A DNA stretch of 64,000 bases. It comes from Gammaproteobacteria bacterium. Its GTDB lineage: Bacteria; Pseudomonadota; Gammaproteobacteria; GCA-001735895. Numbering within the stretch: the stretch's first letter is position 1; each line of letters begins with the position of its first letter. Position numbers and translations under genes: made by a program. Positions 40,351 through 50,855 of the stretch are shown here, in pieces. Location of the stretch: assembly GCA_050298595.1 (NCBI GenBank), contig JBNKUM010000056.1, positions 1 to 64,000 of the forward strand, given 5' to 3'. Under the pieces are notes generated by a model that had not been told where the DNA came from, made no database searches, and saw only the letters and a program-made list of their open reading frames with translations.

Positions 40351-42969
40351 ATGAAAACTGACCAGTTACAACGTAAATTTCTGAATCAATATAAACCCTC
40401 CGATTTCACTATTGATAAAACTGATCTCGAATTCAGATTAAACGAAGGCAATACAACGGTTACCAGTTGTCTGAGCATGCGCCGTTTGACCAGTGATCAA
40501 CAGGCAGCATTATATCTGGATGGTGTTGGTTTGCAGATTATTGATATCCGGCTGGATGATGACTACCTGGATGACTCTGATTATAAATACGATGGTGAAG
40601 TGCTGGTGATACCCAATGTACCGCATGAGTTTGAACTCATCACCCAGGTAAGGATTGACCCAGCGCAGAATAAGAGTCTGGAAGGTCTGTACCAGAGCAA
40701 TGGCAATTACTGCACTCAATGTGAAGCAGAAGGGTTCCGCCATATTACTTTTTATCTGGATCGTCCCGATGTGATGTCCGTATTTACCACCACGCTATGG
40801 GCAGATATGGATACATACCCTGTATTGTTATCCAATGGCAATAAGGTCGATGCTGGTGAAGTAGATGGTCGTCACTGGGTGAAGTGGTTCGATCCATACC
40901 CGAAGCCCTGTTATCTATTTGCGCTTGTGGCAGGCGATCTGGCGCAGGTGAGCGGCAGCTTTACCACCCACTCTGGTCGTGAAGTCGCGCTGGAGTTTTA
41001 TACCGAGCATCATAATAAGGAGAAATGTGGCCATGCCATCGAGTCGCTGAAAAAAGCCATGCTGTGGGATGAGCAAGTTTTCGGGCTGGAGTACGATCTT
41101 GATCTGTATATGGTGGTAGCTGTGGATGATTTTAATATGGGTGCGATGGAAAACAAGGGGCTGAATGTATTCAACACCAAGTATGTACTGGCAAATCAAC
41201 AAACCGCTACCGATACCGATTATCTGAATATCGAAGGCGTTATCGCGCATGAATATTTCCACAACTGGACCGGCAACCGCGTCACCTGTCGCGACTGGTT
41301 TCAACTCAGCCTGAAAGAGGGCCTGACGGTCTTCCGTGATCAGGAATTTAGTGCCGATATGACATCACGCGCTATCCAGCGCATCAATGATGTTCGTGTA
41401 CTGCGTGCGCATCAGTTTACCGAAGATGCAGGTCCTATGGCGCATCCGGTACGTCCTGCTTCCTATCTTGAAATCAATAATTTCTATACATCTACCGTTT
41501 ACAACAAAGGTGCTGAAGTGGTGCGTATGTACCAGACTCTGCTGGGTAAGGAAGGCTTCCGTAAAGGCATGGATCTATATTTTAAACGCCACGATGGGCA
41601 GGCAGTGACTACCGATGATTTTCGTATGGCGATGCAGGATGCGAATGATTTTGACCTGACGTTGTTCCAGCGCTGGTATGAGCAGTCGGGTACACCGATC
41701 GTTAATATTCAACGTATCTACGATGCTGAAAATAAGCTGCTGACTCTGTGGGTTAAGCAGGATGCGAGAGCCACCAAAGGCGAGGCCAATCTGCCATTCC
41801 ATATTCCCATGAAGGTTGCGCTTTTCGACCATCAGGGCAATACGCTGGCATTGAACGAGCAGGGCGATAGCGAGCTGGTGTTGAATATAGTGGAGGCCGA
41901 TCAAAAATTTGAATTCCACAATATTCCCGAGAATGCGCTGGTTTCAGCATTCAGAGAGTTTTCGGCACCGATAATTCTGCGAACTGATTTAAAACCCGAT
42001 GAACTGGCGCTGTTGATGTCCTGTGACAGCGATGCTTTCAATCAATGGGATGCCGCTCAGCAATATGCAACTCATGTGATGCTGGATTTGATCAATAGCG
42101 ATGAGATTACGCAAACCGATATGCTGGAAGGCCTGTTAATGGCTATTGAGGCCTTGTTAAACAATAGACAGATGGATAAGCCATTACAGGCTGAGATGCT
42201 ATGTCTGCCCGGTGAAAAGTATCTGGCTGAACAATGTACACCGATTGATGTGCATAAGATTCATCGCGTGCGCGAATTTGTTAAGGGGCAGGTCGCTCAA
42301 CGCTTCGAACAGCAAATCCTTGACCTGTACAACTCACTACAAGATTCTGGCGAGTATAAGATCGATCACCAGAGCATTGGTAGACGCACACTGAAGAATG
42401 TCTGCCTGGGCTATCTTACTCATCTACAGAAGATGGATCACTTTGAGCTGGCTAAAGCACAATTCGATAGCGCGAATAATATGACCGATCAAATGGGTGC
42501 ATTGAATGCCATGGTTAATTATAAAAACGCCATCCGTGAAACCATGTTCGACAGCTTCTATCAGCAATGGTCAGATACCGCACTGGTGGTGGATAAGTGG
42601 TTTAGTGCACAGGCCTCAGCTAGTTATCCCGATGCATTGAAAGAGATTCTTGCGCTAGAGCAACACAAAGCCTTCAACCTGATGAACCCGAACCGGGCGC
42701 GCTCATTGATTGGTGCATTTCAGGCCAATAGCGTGGTGTTTCATGATACCTCTGGCAAGGGCTATGAATTCCTGGCGGATAAGGTGATGGAGCTGGATAG
42801 TTTTAATCCGCAGATAGCATCCAGAATGGCGGGCGCCTTTCTGAACTGGAAAAAACTGGTGCCAGAGTTGGGTGAATCGATGAAAGCTCAGATTCAACGC
42901 ATCCAGTCCAAACCTGATCTGTCTAATGATGTTGCTGAATTGATGTCTTCCTGCCTTGCTGACGACTAG
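40351..42969 (+). CDS. pepN: Aminopeptidase N
   Basis: GAMENK, HEYFHNWTGNRVTCRDWFQLSLKEG. Confidence 0.97.
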   Translation: MKTDQLQRKFLNQYKPSDFTIDKTDLEFRLNEGNTTVTSCLSMRRLTSDQQAALYLDGVGLQIIDIRLDDDYLDDSDYKYDGEVLVIPNVPHEFELITQVRIDPAQNKSLEGLYQSNGNYCTQCEAEGFRHITFYLDRPDVMSVFTTTLWADMDTYPVLLSNGNKVDAGEVDGRHWVKWFDPYPKPCYLFALVAGDLAQVSGSFTTHSGREVALEFYTEHHNKEKCGHAIESLKKAMLWDEQVFGLEYDLDLYMVVAVDDFNMGAMENKGLNVFNTKYVLANQQTATDTDYLNIEGVIAHEYFHNWTGNRVTCRDWFQLSLKEGLTVFRDQEFSADMTSRAIQRINDVRVLRAHQFTEDAGPMAHPVRPASYLEINNFYTSTVYNKGAEVVRMYQTLLGKEGFRKGMDLYFKRHDGQAVTTDDFRMAMQDANDFDLTLFQRWYEQSGTPIVNIQRIYDAENKLLTLWVKQDARATKGEANLPFHIPMKVALFDHQGNTLALNEQGDSELVLNIVEADQKFEFHNIPENALVSAFREFSAPIILRTDLKPDELALLMSCDSDAFNQWDAAQQYATHVMLDLINSDEITQTDMLEGLLMAIEALLNNRQMDKPLQAEMLCLPGEKYLAEQCTPIDVHKIHRVREFVKGQVAQRFEQQILDLYNSLQDSGEYKIDHQSIGRRTLKNVCLGYLTHLQKMDHFELAKAQFDSANNMTDQMGALNAMVNYKNAIRETMFDSFYQQWSDTALVVDKWFSAQASASYPDALKEILALEQHKAFNLMNPNRARSLIGAFQANSVVFHDTSGKGYEFLADKVMELDSFNPQIASRMAGAFLNWKKLVPELGESMKAQIQRIQSKPDLSNDVAELMSSCLADD

Positions 42970-42971
42970 TT

Positions 42972-43967
42972 TTGTTGCAGAATCTATTAAATTCTAAAAA
43001 AACTCAGATAGACCTGGTCCTTCCAGGTCTTTTCAATTTGCCGTTGTATGAGCTGGATGAAACAGAATTGCAATCGAAAACACCTGCATTGCATCGTTTG
43101 CTGCGCTATGCCAATCGAGAAACCAGTTGCTGCTTCGACATCGATGAGATCTTGATTGATGTACTGGGGCTGAAGCAGAGTGCATTACCTTACGCACATG
43201 CCTGCAAACCCACGCATTCCGGCTACGGTGTTTTGTTTAAGCCAGTACACCTCAAAGCCGATATGAATAATGCTCTAGTCTTTCCTGTCAGTGAATCGGA
43301 AGAAAATATAAGTCATATAATCAATGACTTACAGGACTATTTTAAAGTTGATTTTGATATTGAGTCTTTATCAGATAATCTGTTTTTAATGCAGTTACAT
43401 GAAGTTCAACCGATGCTTGAGCTGCCCCATTACCTGTCAGCTACGGGTAAGAAAGTGACGCATTATCTGGAGCAGGCAAAAAGAAATCTAGACTGGTTTA
43501 AATTGTTTAATGAGATACAGATGTTTTTGTTTCAACATCCAGTGAACCGGTACCGGGAAAAACAGGGTTTACCACTAATCAATAGCCTGTGGTGCTGGGG
43601 CGCTGATCGCTGGCAGGGTGAGACTTTTAGCAACCGTTTATGGTTTAGCGATGATAGTGAGATGCAGGCACTGGGCAGGCTTTATTGTGGTGAGAGTTCA
43701 GAGCTGGACGATATTCAGGCGAGAGACCTGAAACAGCAGGTTACCGTCATTGACCTTAGCCTGATCCGTTCATTAAAAGGACACTCGCAACAGCCGCTGC
43801 TTAAACTGTTAGTAGATATTGAAAACAAATATCTGCAATACCTGCTGGAGAAAAGCTCCCATCGTATTAGATTACTAGCAGGGGGCTCTTTTAATGTTTG
43901 CTACCAAAGCGCTATGCGCCATAGATACTGGAAAAAAAACATCACTCTGTCGCAACTATCGAGTTGA
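42972..43967 (+). CDS. Hypothetical protein (cofactor-independent phosphoglycerate mutase-like family often found near recJ)
   Basis: PVHLKAD, NEIQMFLFQHPVN...INSLWCWG. Confidence 0.6.
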   Translation: MLQNLLNSKKTQIDLVLPGLFNLPLYELDETELQSKTPALHRLLRYANRETSCCFDIDEILIDVLGLKQSALPYAHACKPTHSGYGVLFKPVHLKADMNNALVFPVSESEENISHIINDLQDYFKVDFDIESLSDNLFLMQLHEVQPMLELPHYLSATGKKVTHYLEQAKRNLDWFKLFNEIQMFLFQHPVNRYREKQGLPLINSLWCWGADRWQGETFSNRLWFSDDSEMQALGRLYCGESSELDDIQARDLKQQVTVIDLSLIRSLKGHSQQPLLKLLVDIENKYLQYLLEKSSHRIRLLAGGSFNVCYQSAMRHRYWKKNITLSQLSS

Positions 43968-44059
43968 AATCTCCGCATTTCGTAATCAAATTTTTTATTT
44001 CGCACTCAAGCCAGATATCAACTAGAATCTACGCCGATTTGAAACATTAAAGGGAAACA

Positions 44060-46843
44060 ATGATATTAATTGGCGTACTCATCATCGTAATCTTAGGGGC
44101 CATGGCTGGCGAAATTGAGATAGCACTCACTCTGGCTCTGCTGTTTGGCCTGTTTATTATTCAGAATAGTTTTAACAAGCAGTTAAAAGACCTCCAGCAA
44201 CAGATTAAAACACTCAAACAGCGACTCGACGCTAGCGATGTTAAAGCAAAGATACCTGAACAGCCGGTACAGGCGTCTCAGGCGCTAAGCAGCAAAACCG
44301 AAGTGCTAAATATCCCGTCGCCAGATGATGAAGATTTGGTCAGACAACTGGATATGCCTGAGGCTGAGGTTGCTAGTGCGGTCCAGCCTGCAGCTGTGCA
44401 GACTAAACCTCAGCCTCAGCCAGCACGAGCTCAAGCCGCCCAAGCAACTGAAACTAAAGCTACCCCCTTTGATCTCCTGATCGACAGAGCCAATAAACTG
44501 ATTGTGTCCTACTTCACCGATGGCAATATCTTCGTGCGAGTAGGTCTGCTGGTGTTATTTTTTGGTGTTGCATTTCTGCTCAAATATGCCGCTGAAAACT
44601 CTCGTATACCGATAGAGTATAGATTTCTCAGTGCAGGCCTGGGAGGCCTGGCTCTGGTAGTGGTGGGCTGGCGCTTACGTCTGAAAAAAGAAGTCTTCGC
44701 GCTACTGTTGCAGGGCGGGGGCATAGGTATCATCTATATCACCATCTTTGCATCCTATCGTATCGCTCATCTGATCCCTTCAAATCTGACCTTTGTGTTA
44801 CTGGTAGCCTTTGCCCTGATTACCACTGCGCTTGCGGTATTACAGAACTCCAGGTCTTTAGCCATGTATGCCGTCTTAGGTGGTTTTCTGGCACCATTTC
44901 TAGCTTCTTCTGGCAGTGGTAATTACATCGGTCTGTTCAGTTATTACGCAGCGCTTAATCTAGTGGTATTTGGTGTAGCCTGGTTCAAATCCTGGCGCCT
45001 GCTCAACCTGATGAGCTTCGCTTTTACCTTTGGTGTTTACACTCTCTGGTTTGTATTCTCTTACCGCGAGCATATGCTGCTTTCTGCGGGTCTGTTCCTG
45101 GCGCTATTTTTTGTTATGTACAGTGTGCTGGGTGTGCTTTATGCGTTAAAGCAGGAACAGAATTTAAAAGGCGTCGTAGATGCTTCCCTGGTATTTGGTA
45201 CACCTCTGATAAGTTCGTCGATAGCCATGGTGATGTTGCGTCATCTGGAATACGGCATTGCTATCGTCTGTATGGCTGTAGGTATCTATTACGTGGTTCT
45301 GGCGCGTTTTTTATGGAGCCGCATTGGTGAACAAACACGTCTGCTGGCCGAATCCATGCTGGCTGTCGGTGTGGTTTTTGCGACGTTGGCGATCCCTTAT
45401 GCGCTGGATGGCCACTGGAGCAGTGCGGCCTGGGCGCTGGAGGCGGCAGGTATACTGTGGGTATCGTTGCGTCAGCAACGTTATTATGCACAGGTATTCG
45501 CTTTAGTTTTACAACTGGGTGCAGGCATTTTATTCCTTTTCCGAAACGCCCATGACATCGGTGAAATAGCGTGGATGAACCCTGCATTTCTGGGGGGGAG
45601 TTTTATTGCTTTTGGTGCGTTGATTTCGGCCCGCCTGCTATATCAGGAAGATCGTAGTAATCATTTACATCAGGCCCACTGGATATTCTATGGTTGGGGC
45701 TTAGGCTGGTGGTTAGTCAGCTCACTGATTCAGATTGATCACTATATCGATAATGAGATATTTGCCGTGCTGGTCCTGTTAACCTTTACCGCTTCAGTAC
45801 TTGGCTATCTGGACCGGATACGCAAATGGGACTGGTTACCGGCTTCCATTACGCTGGGGGCATTGCTACCCGTGCTGTATCTGCTGGCAGTAGTCTCCTG
45901 GCAGCAGGGGCATTACTTTCTTCAATTGCCGGATATGACTGGCTGGATTGCACTACTCGCTCTGAATTATTTCCTCATATTCAAACTGGAAGATATCAAG
46001 TGGCCTGTTAACTATTATCTGGCACTTTACAGTGGCTGGGTCTTTCTTGTTGTTGTAATGCTTTCAGTGGAGCTGGAAGCACGTTTCTTTGAGTTGATGC
46101 CTGATGCTGGAAACGCCTGGTCGGCATGGTTTGCTGTATTACCGCTGTTTAGCATCTGGTGGGTGAGGCAGGGTAAAATGGCGGTGCTACAGCGCTTTGG
46201 TCAACCACTACAATTATCCATTACTGCGCTTATGGTCGGGTATCTTGTGATCTGGCTTGTGTTCAATAACCTGTCTAATGATGGCGCTGCTTATCCTTTG
46301 CCCTATATGCCTTTGATCAACCCGATAGATCTCGTGCAAATTGTATTTTTTATAGCGGTTTATCGGTCTATGAAATTGCTAGGTGGTGCAATCCCTGAAT
46401 ACAGGAACATGATTTTTAGTGTGCTGGGAGGACTGATTTTTATCTGGATTAGTGCATTATATCTACGCAGCATGCATCACTACATGCCGATCCAATTCAA
46501 TATTGAACATATGCTGTTAAATGCCCGTATACAGACCGGGCTTTCTATACTCTGGACCCTGATCGGTATGGCAGCGATTCTTTTCGCTTCCAAAAAATCT
46601 TTGCGTACCTTGTGGATAACAGGAGCTGTGCTGGTTGGCATTGTCGTGGTCAAATTGATTTTCACTGATCTACGAGCCAGCGGTACGATTGAGCGCATTG
46701 TTTCCTTTCTTGCAGTGGGGGGATTGCTTGTTGCCATGGGCTATTTTTCTCCCATCCCCCCTAAACAGGATGACAGCGCAGAAGATGAAGAGAGTAACGA
46801 AAAGAGTCAGATTATTGTCTCAGCAGGGCAAGTGAATGAATAA
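44060..46843 (+). CDS. DUF2339 multi-pass membrane protein
   Basis: VRVGLLVLFFGVAFLLKY, LGGFLAP, ERIVSFLAVG..GYFSPIPP. Confidence 0.85.
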   Translation: MILIGVLIIVILGAMAGEIEIALTLALLFGLFIIQNSFNKQLKDLQQQIKTLKQRLDASDVKAKIPEQPVQASQALSSKTEVLNIPSPDDEDLVRQLDMPEAEVASAVQPAAVQTKPQPQPARAQAAQATETKATPFDLLIDRANKLIVSYFTDGNIFVRVGLLVLFFGVAFLLKYAAENSRIPIEYRFLSAGLGGLALVVVGWRLRLKKEVFALLLQGGGIGIIYITIFASYRIAHLIPSNLTFVLLVAFALITTALAVLQNSRSLAMYAVLGGFLAPFLASSGSGNYIGLFSYYAALNLVVFGVAWFKSWRLLNLMSFAFTFGVYTLWFVFSYREHMLLSAGLFLALFFVMYSVLGVLYALKQEQNLKGVVDASLVFGTPLISSSIAMVMLRHLEYGIAIVCMAVGIYYVVLARFLWSRIGEQTRLLAESMLAVGVVFATLAIPYALDGHWSSAAWALEAAGILWVSLRQQRYYAQVFALVLQLGAGILFLFRNAHDIGEIAWMNPAFLGGSFIAFGALISARLLYQEDRSNHLHQAHWIFYGWGLGWWLVSSLIQIDHYIDNEIFAVLVLLTFTASVLGYLDRIRKWDWLPASITLGALLPVLYLLAVVSWQQGHYFLQLPDMTGWIALLALNYFLIFKLEDIKWPVNYYLALYSGWVFLVVVMLSVELEARFFELMPDAGNAWSAWFAVLPLFSIWWVRQGKMAVLQRFGQPLQLSITALMVGYLVIWLVFNNLSNDGAAYPLPYMPLINPIDLVQIVFFIAVYRSMKLLGGAIPEYRNMIFSVLGGLIFIWISALYLRSMHHYMPIQFNIEHMLLNARIQTGLSILWTLIGMAAILFASKKSLRTLWITGAVLVGIVVVKLIFTDLRASGTIERIVSFLAVGGLLVAMGYFSPIPPKQDDSAEDEESNEKSQIIVSAGQVNE

Positions 46844-48185
46844 AATGATTATATTCAGCCTGCTTGCGTTGACCATGTCTCAGGCACATGCACAAAAGGT
46901 ATTCGAAATATCCGATTATGCCTGGCAGGCACAGATTGTTGTCAGCGATGCTAATCTGCAACGTATCGATATTGGCGTCGATATTCTAAAAGGAATGAGT
47001 CATCAGCAAGCTGCCGATATAGCGGTATTCGATGCCAATGGACAGGCCTTGCCCAGTATGTTGCGTAGAAAGGGGCCGACGACAGAAAGCGGTCAGATTG
47101 ATTTGTCGTTTCACCGTTTTAATCGTGAACAGGTTACTGGTACGGCTGGAACACTGACCATCGATCAGCAGCAGATGGACGATAATAATAATCAGATTAG
47201 CCGTCTGGAGTACCAACAACAACTCGCAGTCACACAGGATAGATCAGATTATATTATTGAATTGACGGATCAGCAGAGAGAGCAGGGTATCAGTGAAATC
47301 GAGCTGGAATGGACGCATCAACCAGCTACTGATTTCCTCAAGCTGACAATACAGGGTGCCAATGATCTCGATCACTGGAAAACTCTGCAACGTGAGAAAA
47401 ACCTGTTTAGCGAGTCCGGACGTAAGGCTGAATGGGTAACTCTGACCCAGTTACCGACACATTATCGATATATTCGTCTGATTCCATCATCTGACATCAC
47501 TGAATTTAATTTACTCAAAGCAACGGGTAGCTACCATCGGGTTATTAATGCGCCTGATCTAGTGTTTAATACGACTACTGCACTTGAGGAAGATGCTAAA
47601 CATGCAGGGTTTTATCATTTTAAGCAACCGCTACAGGTGAAAGCCAAAGGCATGAGTTTTGTGCTACCAGCAGGCTATTTTGTATCCGGTATCCTATATG
47701 GCAGTCATCGCGGATTTGATAAGAAATTTCAGCTTCAATCGAACTTCAGGCAGCATAATATGAGTAATATCGCCGCGAATAAAGCGCTGGATATTTCATC
47801 CTATCGATTTACGGACTGGTGGTTTAAGCCGGATAAAATGCTAGATGTACCTGTTAAACTATCGTTTAGCTATCCTGCTTATGAGTTATATTTTATCAAT
47901 AATCAACAGGGACCTTTTACCCTGGCCTGGGGTAATTATGAGGTTGATCACTTCAATGATAATTTATCGGCCTTACTGCAAAGTCAGGGTAGCAATAGTT
48001 ATTCTAATGCTGCTGAAGTCGACTACCTGGAGATACAGCAGGGCAGTGGTATACAGCGGCAGAATAAAGCCCCGGTTAAACCATGGAAAACCTGGCTATT
48101 ATGGGCTGTATTATTGATAGCTGTTTTAGTGACGGGGCGTATGGCATTTACCCTGTATCGCGATATGAATAGACAAGCATCTTGA
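46836..48185 (+). CDS. DUF3999 family protein
   Basis: Signal peptide, DIAVFDANG, GPFTLAWG, C-terminal TM WLLWAVL; usual partner of DUF2339. Confidence 0.75.
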   Translation: MNKMIIFSLLALTMSQAHAQKVFEISDYAWQAQIVVSDANLQRIDIGVDILKGMSHQQAADIAVFDANGQALPSMLRRKGPTTESGQIDLSFHRFNREQVTGTAGTLTIDQQQMDDNNNQISRLEYQQQLAVTQDRSDYIIELTDQQREQGISEIELEWTHQPATDFLKLTIQGANDLDHWKTLQREKNLFSESGRKAEWVTLTQLPTHYRYIRLIPSSDITEFNLLKATGSYHRVINAPDLVFNTTTALEEDAKHAGFYHFKQPLQVKAKGMSFVLPAGYFVSGILYGSHRGFDKKFQLQSNFRQHNMSNIAANKALDISSYRFTDWWFKPDKMLDVPVKLSFSYPAYELYFINNQQGPFTLAWGNYEVDHFNDNLSALLQSQGSNSYSNAAEVDYLEIQQGSGIQRQNKAPVKPWKTWLLWAVLLIAVLVTGRMAFTLYRDMNRQAS

Positions 48186-49909
48186 GTAAAAGCCAACCTG
48201 GAATCGTATTCAAGCAGCGGGAAGCTGACGCACAATTACTGGCTGAGAAAAGCACGCTGCATCCACTATTGCAGCGGATTTTTAGTGCGAGGGAGATATC
48301 ATCATTTGCTGAAACCCGCTATTCGCTGAGTAATTTATTATCCCCTGAGAGTATCTCTAATCTCAGCGAAGCTGCACAGTTACTGGCAAAGCATGTACAG
48401 CAACACTCATCGATACTGATTCTAGGTGACTATGATGCGGATGGAGCAACCAGCACTGCGCTATGCGTAAGAGCATTGAATATGCTAGGCCATGCCAAGG
48501 TCAGTTTTATATTACCCGATCGGGTTATCGATGGTTATGGTGTATCTGGCAATATCGCACAGCGTGTGATCGATTTAGCTCCAAAACTGGTGATAACAGT
48601 TGATACTGGCATTGCCAGTTTCAAGGGCCTGAGCATGCTGAAACAGGCAGCTATTGATGTCATTATCACTGACCACCATCTACCAGCAGAGGGTTTGCCC
48701 GATGCCAATGTGATTGTAAATCCAAATGCTTTTGCTGACAGTAGTGGAAAGAATCTGGCTGGTGTAGGAGTCGCATTTTATCTAATGCTGGCAACGCGTA
48801 GTGTATTACGCCAATCAGGCTATTTCGAAAAGCAGTCAGAACCCAATTTTGCAGAGTGTCTCGATCTGGTCGCAATAGGGACAGTTGCCGATCTGGTACC
48901 ACTGGATTATTACAATCGCATTCTGGTCAACGAGGGGTTAAAAAGAATCCGTGCAGGAGCCTGCTCAAGAGCGGTCACCAAACTCATTCAACTTACGGGA
49001 AGAACTCAAAAATACCTCACCAGTCAGGATATTGGATTTACCCTGGCCCCACGCATCAATGCCGCAGGTCGTCTGGACGATATGAGTATAGGTGTTCAGG
49101 CACTGCTGACCAACGATGAAACACAGGCTGCTGCTCTGGCTTTCGAGCTGGATAATATTAATGCCTATCGGCGTGAATTACAGGATGAGATGACACAACA
49201 GGCGATGCAGATGCTGCCTGATATTGATGACATAACAGGCCAGGCGAAATTCAGCTATGTGTTATATCAGGATAGCTGGCACGAAGGCATTGTGGGTATC
49301 ATCGCCTCAAAGATCAAAGACATGACATTCCGCCCCTCAATCAGTTTTGCACAAACGGAAGAGGGTGCGCTCAAGGGTTCCGGTCGGTCAATACCGGGAG
49401 TTCATATGCGCGATATGCTTGATCTGGTTGATAAACAATCTCCCGGGATCATACGCCGATTTGGCGGACATGCCATGGCTGCGGGTTTAACCATAGAAAA
49501 AGACAGTATGGAACAATTTAAACACAGCTTCGAGCAGGTATTACAGCAGCAAATCGATCCTGACTGTTTCGATAATGTCGTTTATTACGATGATGAAATT
49601 AATGCGGCTGATATAAATCTCGAGATGGCTTTATTACTACGAGAGACTGGTCCCTGGGGACAGCGTTTTCCTGTACCGAGTTTCATTGGAGACTTTAAGG
49701 TACTCAACCAAAGGATACTCTCCGACAGACATCTGAAATTTATATTGAAACTCGAAGGTCAGCCTGGTCAGGTTGACGCTATTTTATTTTATGCGACTGA
49801 TGAGGAGCTCAGAACTAATTATCAGACTATCAAATTACATTATGAACTTAGTGTAAATATCTACCGAGAACAGGAAAGCGTACAGTTGATGATTCGTCAT
49901 ATCATTTAA
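48182..49909 (+). CDS. recJ: Single-stranded-DNA-specific exonuclease RecJ
   Basis: GDYDADG, TDHH, GTVAD, PRINAAGRL, GSGRS, FGGHAMAAG. Confidence 0.96.
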   Translation: MSKSQPGIVFKQREADAQLLAEKSTLHPLLQRIFSAREISSFAETRYSLSNLLSPESISNLSEAAQLLAKHVQQHSSILILGDYDADGATSTALCVRALNMLGHAKVSFILPDRVIDGYGVSGNIAQRVIDLAPKLVITVDTGIASFKGLSMLKQAAIDVIITDHHLPAEGLPDANVIVNPNAFADSSGKNLAGVGVAFYLMLATRSVLRQSGYFEKQSEPNFAECLDLVAIGTVADLVPLDYYNRILVNEGLKRIRAGACSRAVTKLIQLTGRTQKYLTSQDIGFTLAPRINAAGRLDDMSIGVQALLTNDETQAAALAFELDNINAYRRELQDEMTQQAMQMLPDIDDITGQAKFSYVLYQDSWHEGIVGIIASKIKDMTFRPSISFAQTEEGALKGSGRSIPGVHMRDMLDLVDKQSPGIIRRFGGHAMAAGLTIEKDSMEQFKHSFEQVLQQQIDPDCFDNVVYYDDEINAADINLEMALLLRETGPWGQRFPVPSFIGDFKVLNQRILSDRHLKFILKLEGQPGQVDAILFYATDEELRTNYQTIKLHYELSVNIYREQESVQLMIRHII

Positions 49910-49918
49910 TGCAGTTTC

Positions 49919-50030
49919 CTAAACTGTGGCAGGAAATAGCCCTATGCAAGGCATCATCCGCAGGGAGTGCTGGCCCTTTTCAAGAATGACAACGTAGCAG
50001 AAGGCTATTTTCCGGCTCGCCCGAAGGGAA
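49919..50030. repeat. Structured intergenic repeat / MITE fragment
   Basis: Long hairpin GGAAATAGCC...GGCTATTTTCC enclosing CAAGGC...GACAACG, an architecture also present in the 50215 element. Confidence 0.45.
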
Positions 50031-50294
50031 GTAACCTTCCTGGGACTATATCAAAGAAATGGATAGCAATCTCATGGAGATTGATTACAGAGACTATTCC
50101 TCTTATATCGGTAATATCCATATTTCAGCCTTAGAAAATATTAAAAAGTAGACAATTACTCTTTCTTTTATAGATTAGATTTTTATAATGCCGCACATTC
50201 TGCAAGGTTTCATTCTGGAATCCGCAGTTGGAGGAGTTGTAGTGCGTTTGCAGTGGTGTAGATCAAGGCGTGACGACGCGGAATAGCAGAATTA

Positions 50295-50391
50295 CAAGGC
50301 TTCCGCGTCCTGCTCACGCCCCTTACCTAAGTCCATATAGGCAAGGCTTCCGCGTCCTGCTCACGCTCCTTACCTAAGTCCATATAGGCAA
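50295..50391 (-). repeat. 2 x 47-bp tandem unit
   Basis: CAAGGCTTCCGCGTCCTGCTCACGC(C/T)CCTTACCTAAGTCCATATAGG at 50295 and 50342. Confidence 0.9.
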
Positions 50392-50487
50392 TGCAGAGAT
50401 ACGCCGCCGGAAAAGTGCAATTCAGCTCGTAGCTGGATTCACCTGTTGGTTTTCAGCATGGATGCTGTTATTTCGCGAATGCATGGA

Positions 50488-50651
50488 CGCCTATATGGAC
50501 GTAGGTGGTAGGGTGAAGCAGGAAGCCAGAACCGAACTATTGTCGAGAACAGTGCAGGACGCCTAAAGGGAGTTAGGTGATAGAGCGAAGCACGACTCAA
50601 GGGACGAGGTAGGGCGAAGCAGGATGTCTAAGCCGAGGAGGCCAGAGCCGA
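50488..50651 (+). repeat. Three GGA micro-elements, one (50593-50636) nested inside another (50560-50651)
   Basis: Units begin CG(A/C)CT and end CCGA; the counterpart at 53716-53763 lacks the nested unit. Confidence 0.85.
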
Positions 50652-50855
50652 TGCATTAGAGCGTGAAAAAATATTTAGACTGTAATGCCTGACGAAACAG
50701 TGAGTTACCCTCTAATACGAGCGGTCAACTGCGGAATCTATGTTTATAACTGAGTGCGTGATTATCTATTAGCTGACTGGGTGTTTACAGCTAAAAATCC
50801 GACTCCCATAATTGTTTATTATCAGAGATGTGAAGTTTTGTAGTCTTATTAACAA

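Larger units (their letters stand above)
50215..50740 (+). mobile_element. ~525-bp MITE-like element with terminal inverted repeats, copy 1, carrying nested micro-elements
   Basis: TGGAATCCGCAGTTG ... CAACTGCGGAATCTA (13/15 inverted match); colinear with the reverse complement of 53634-54129; no ORF. Confidence 0.8.
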
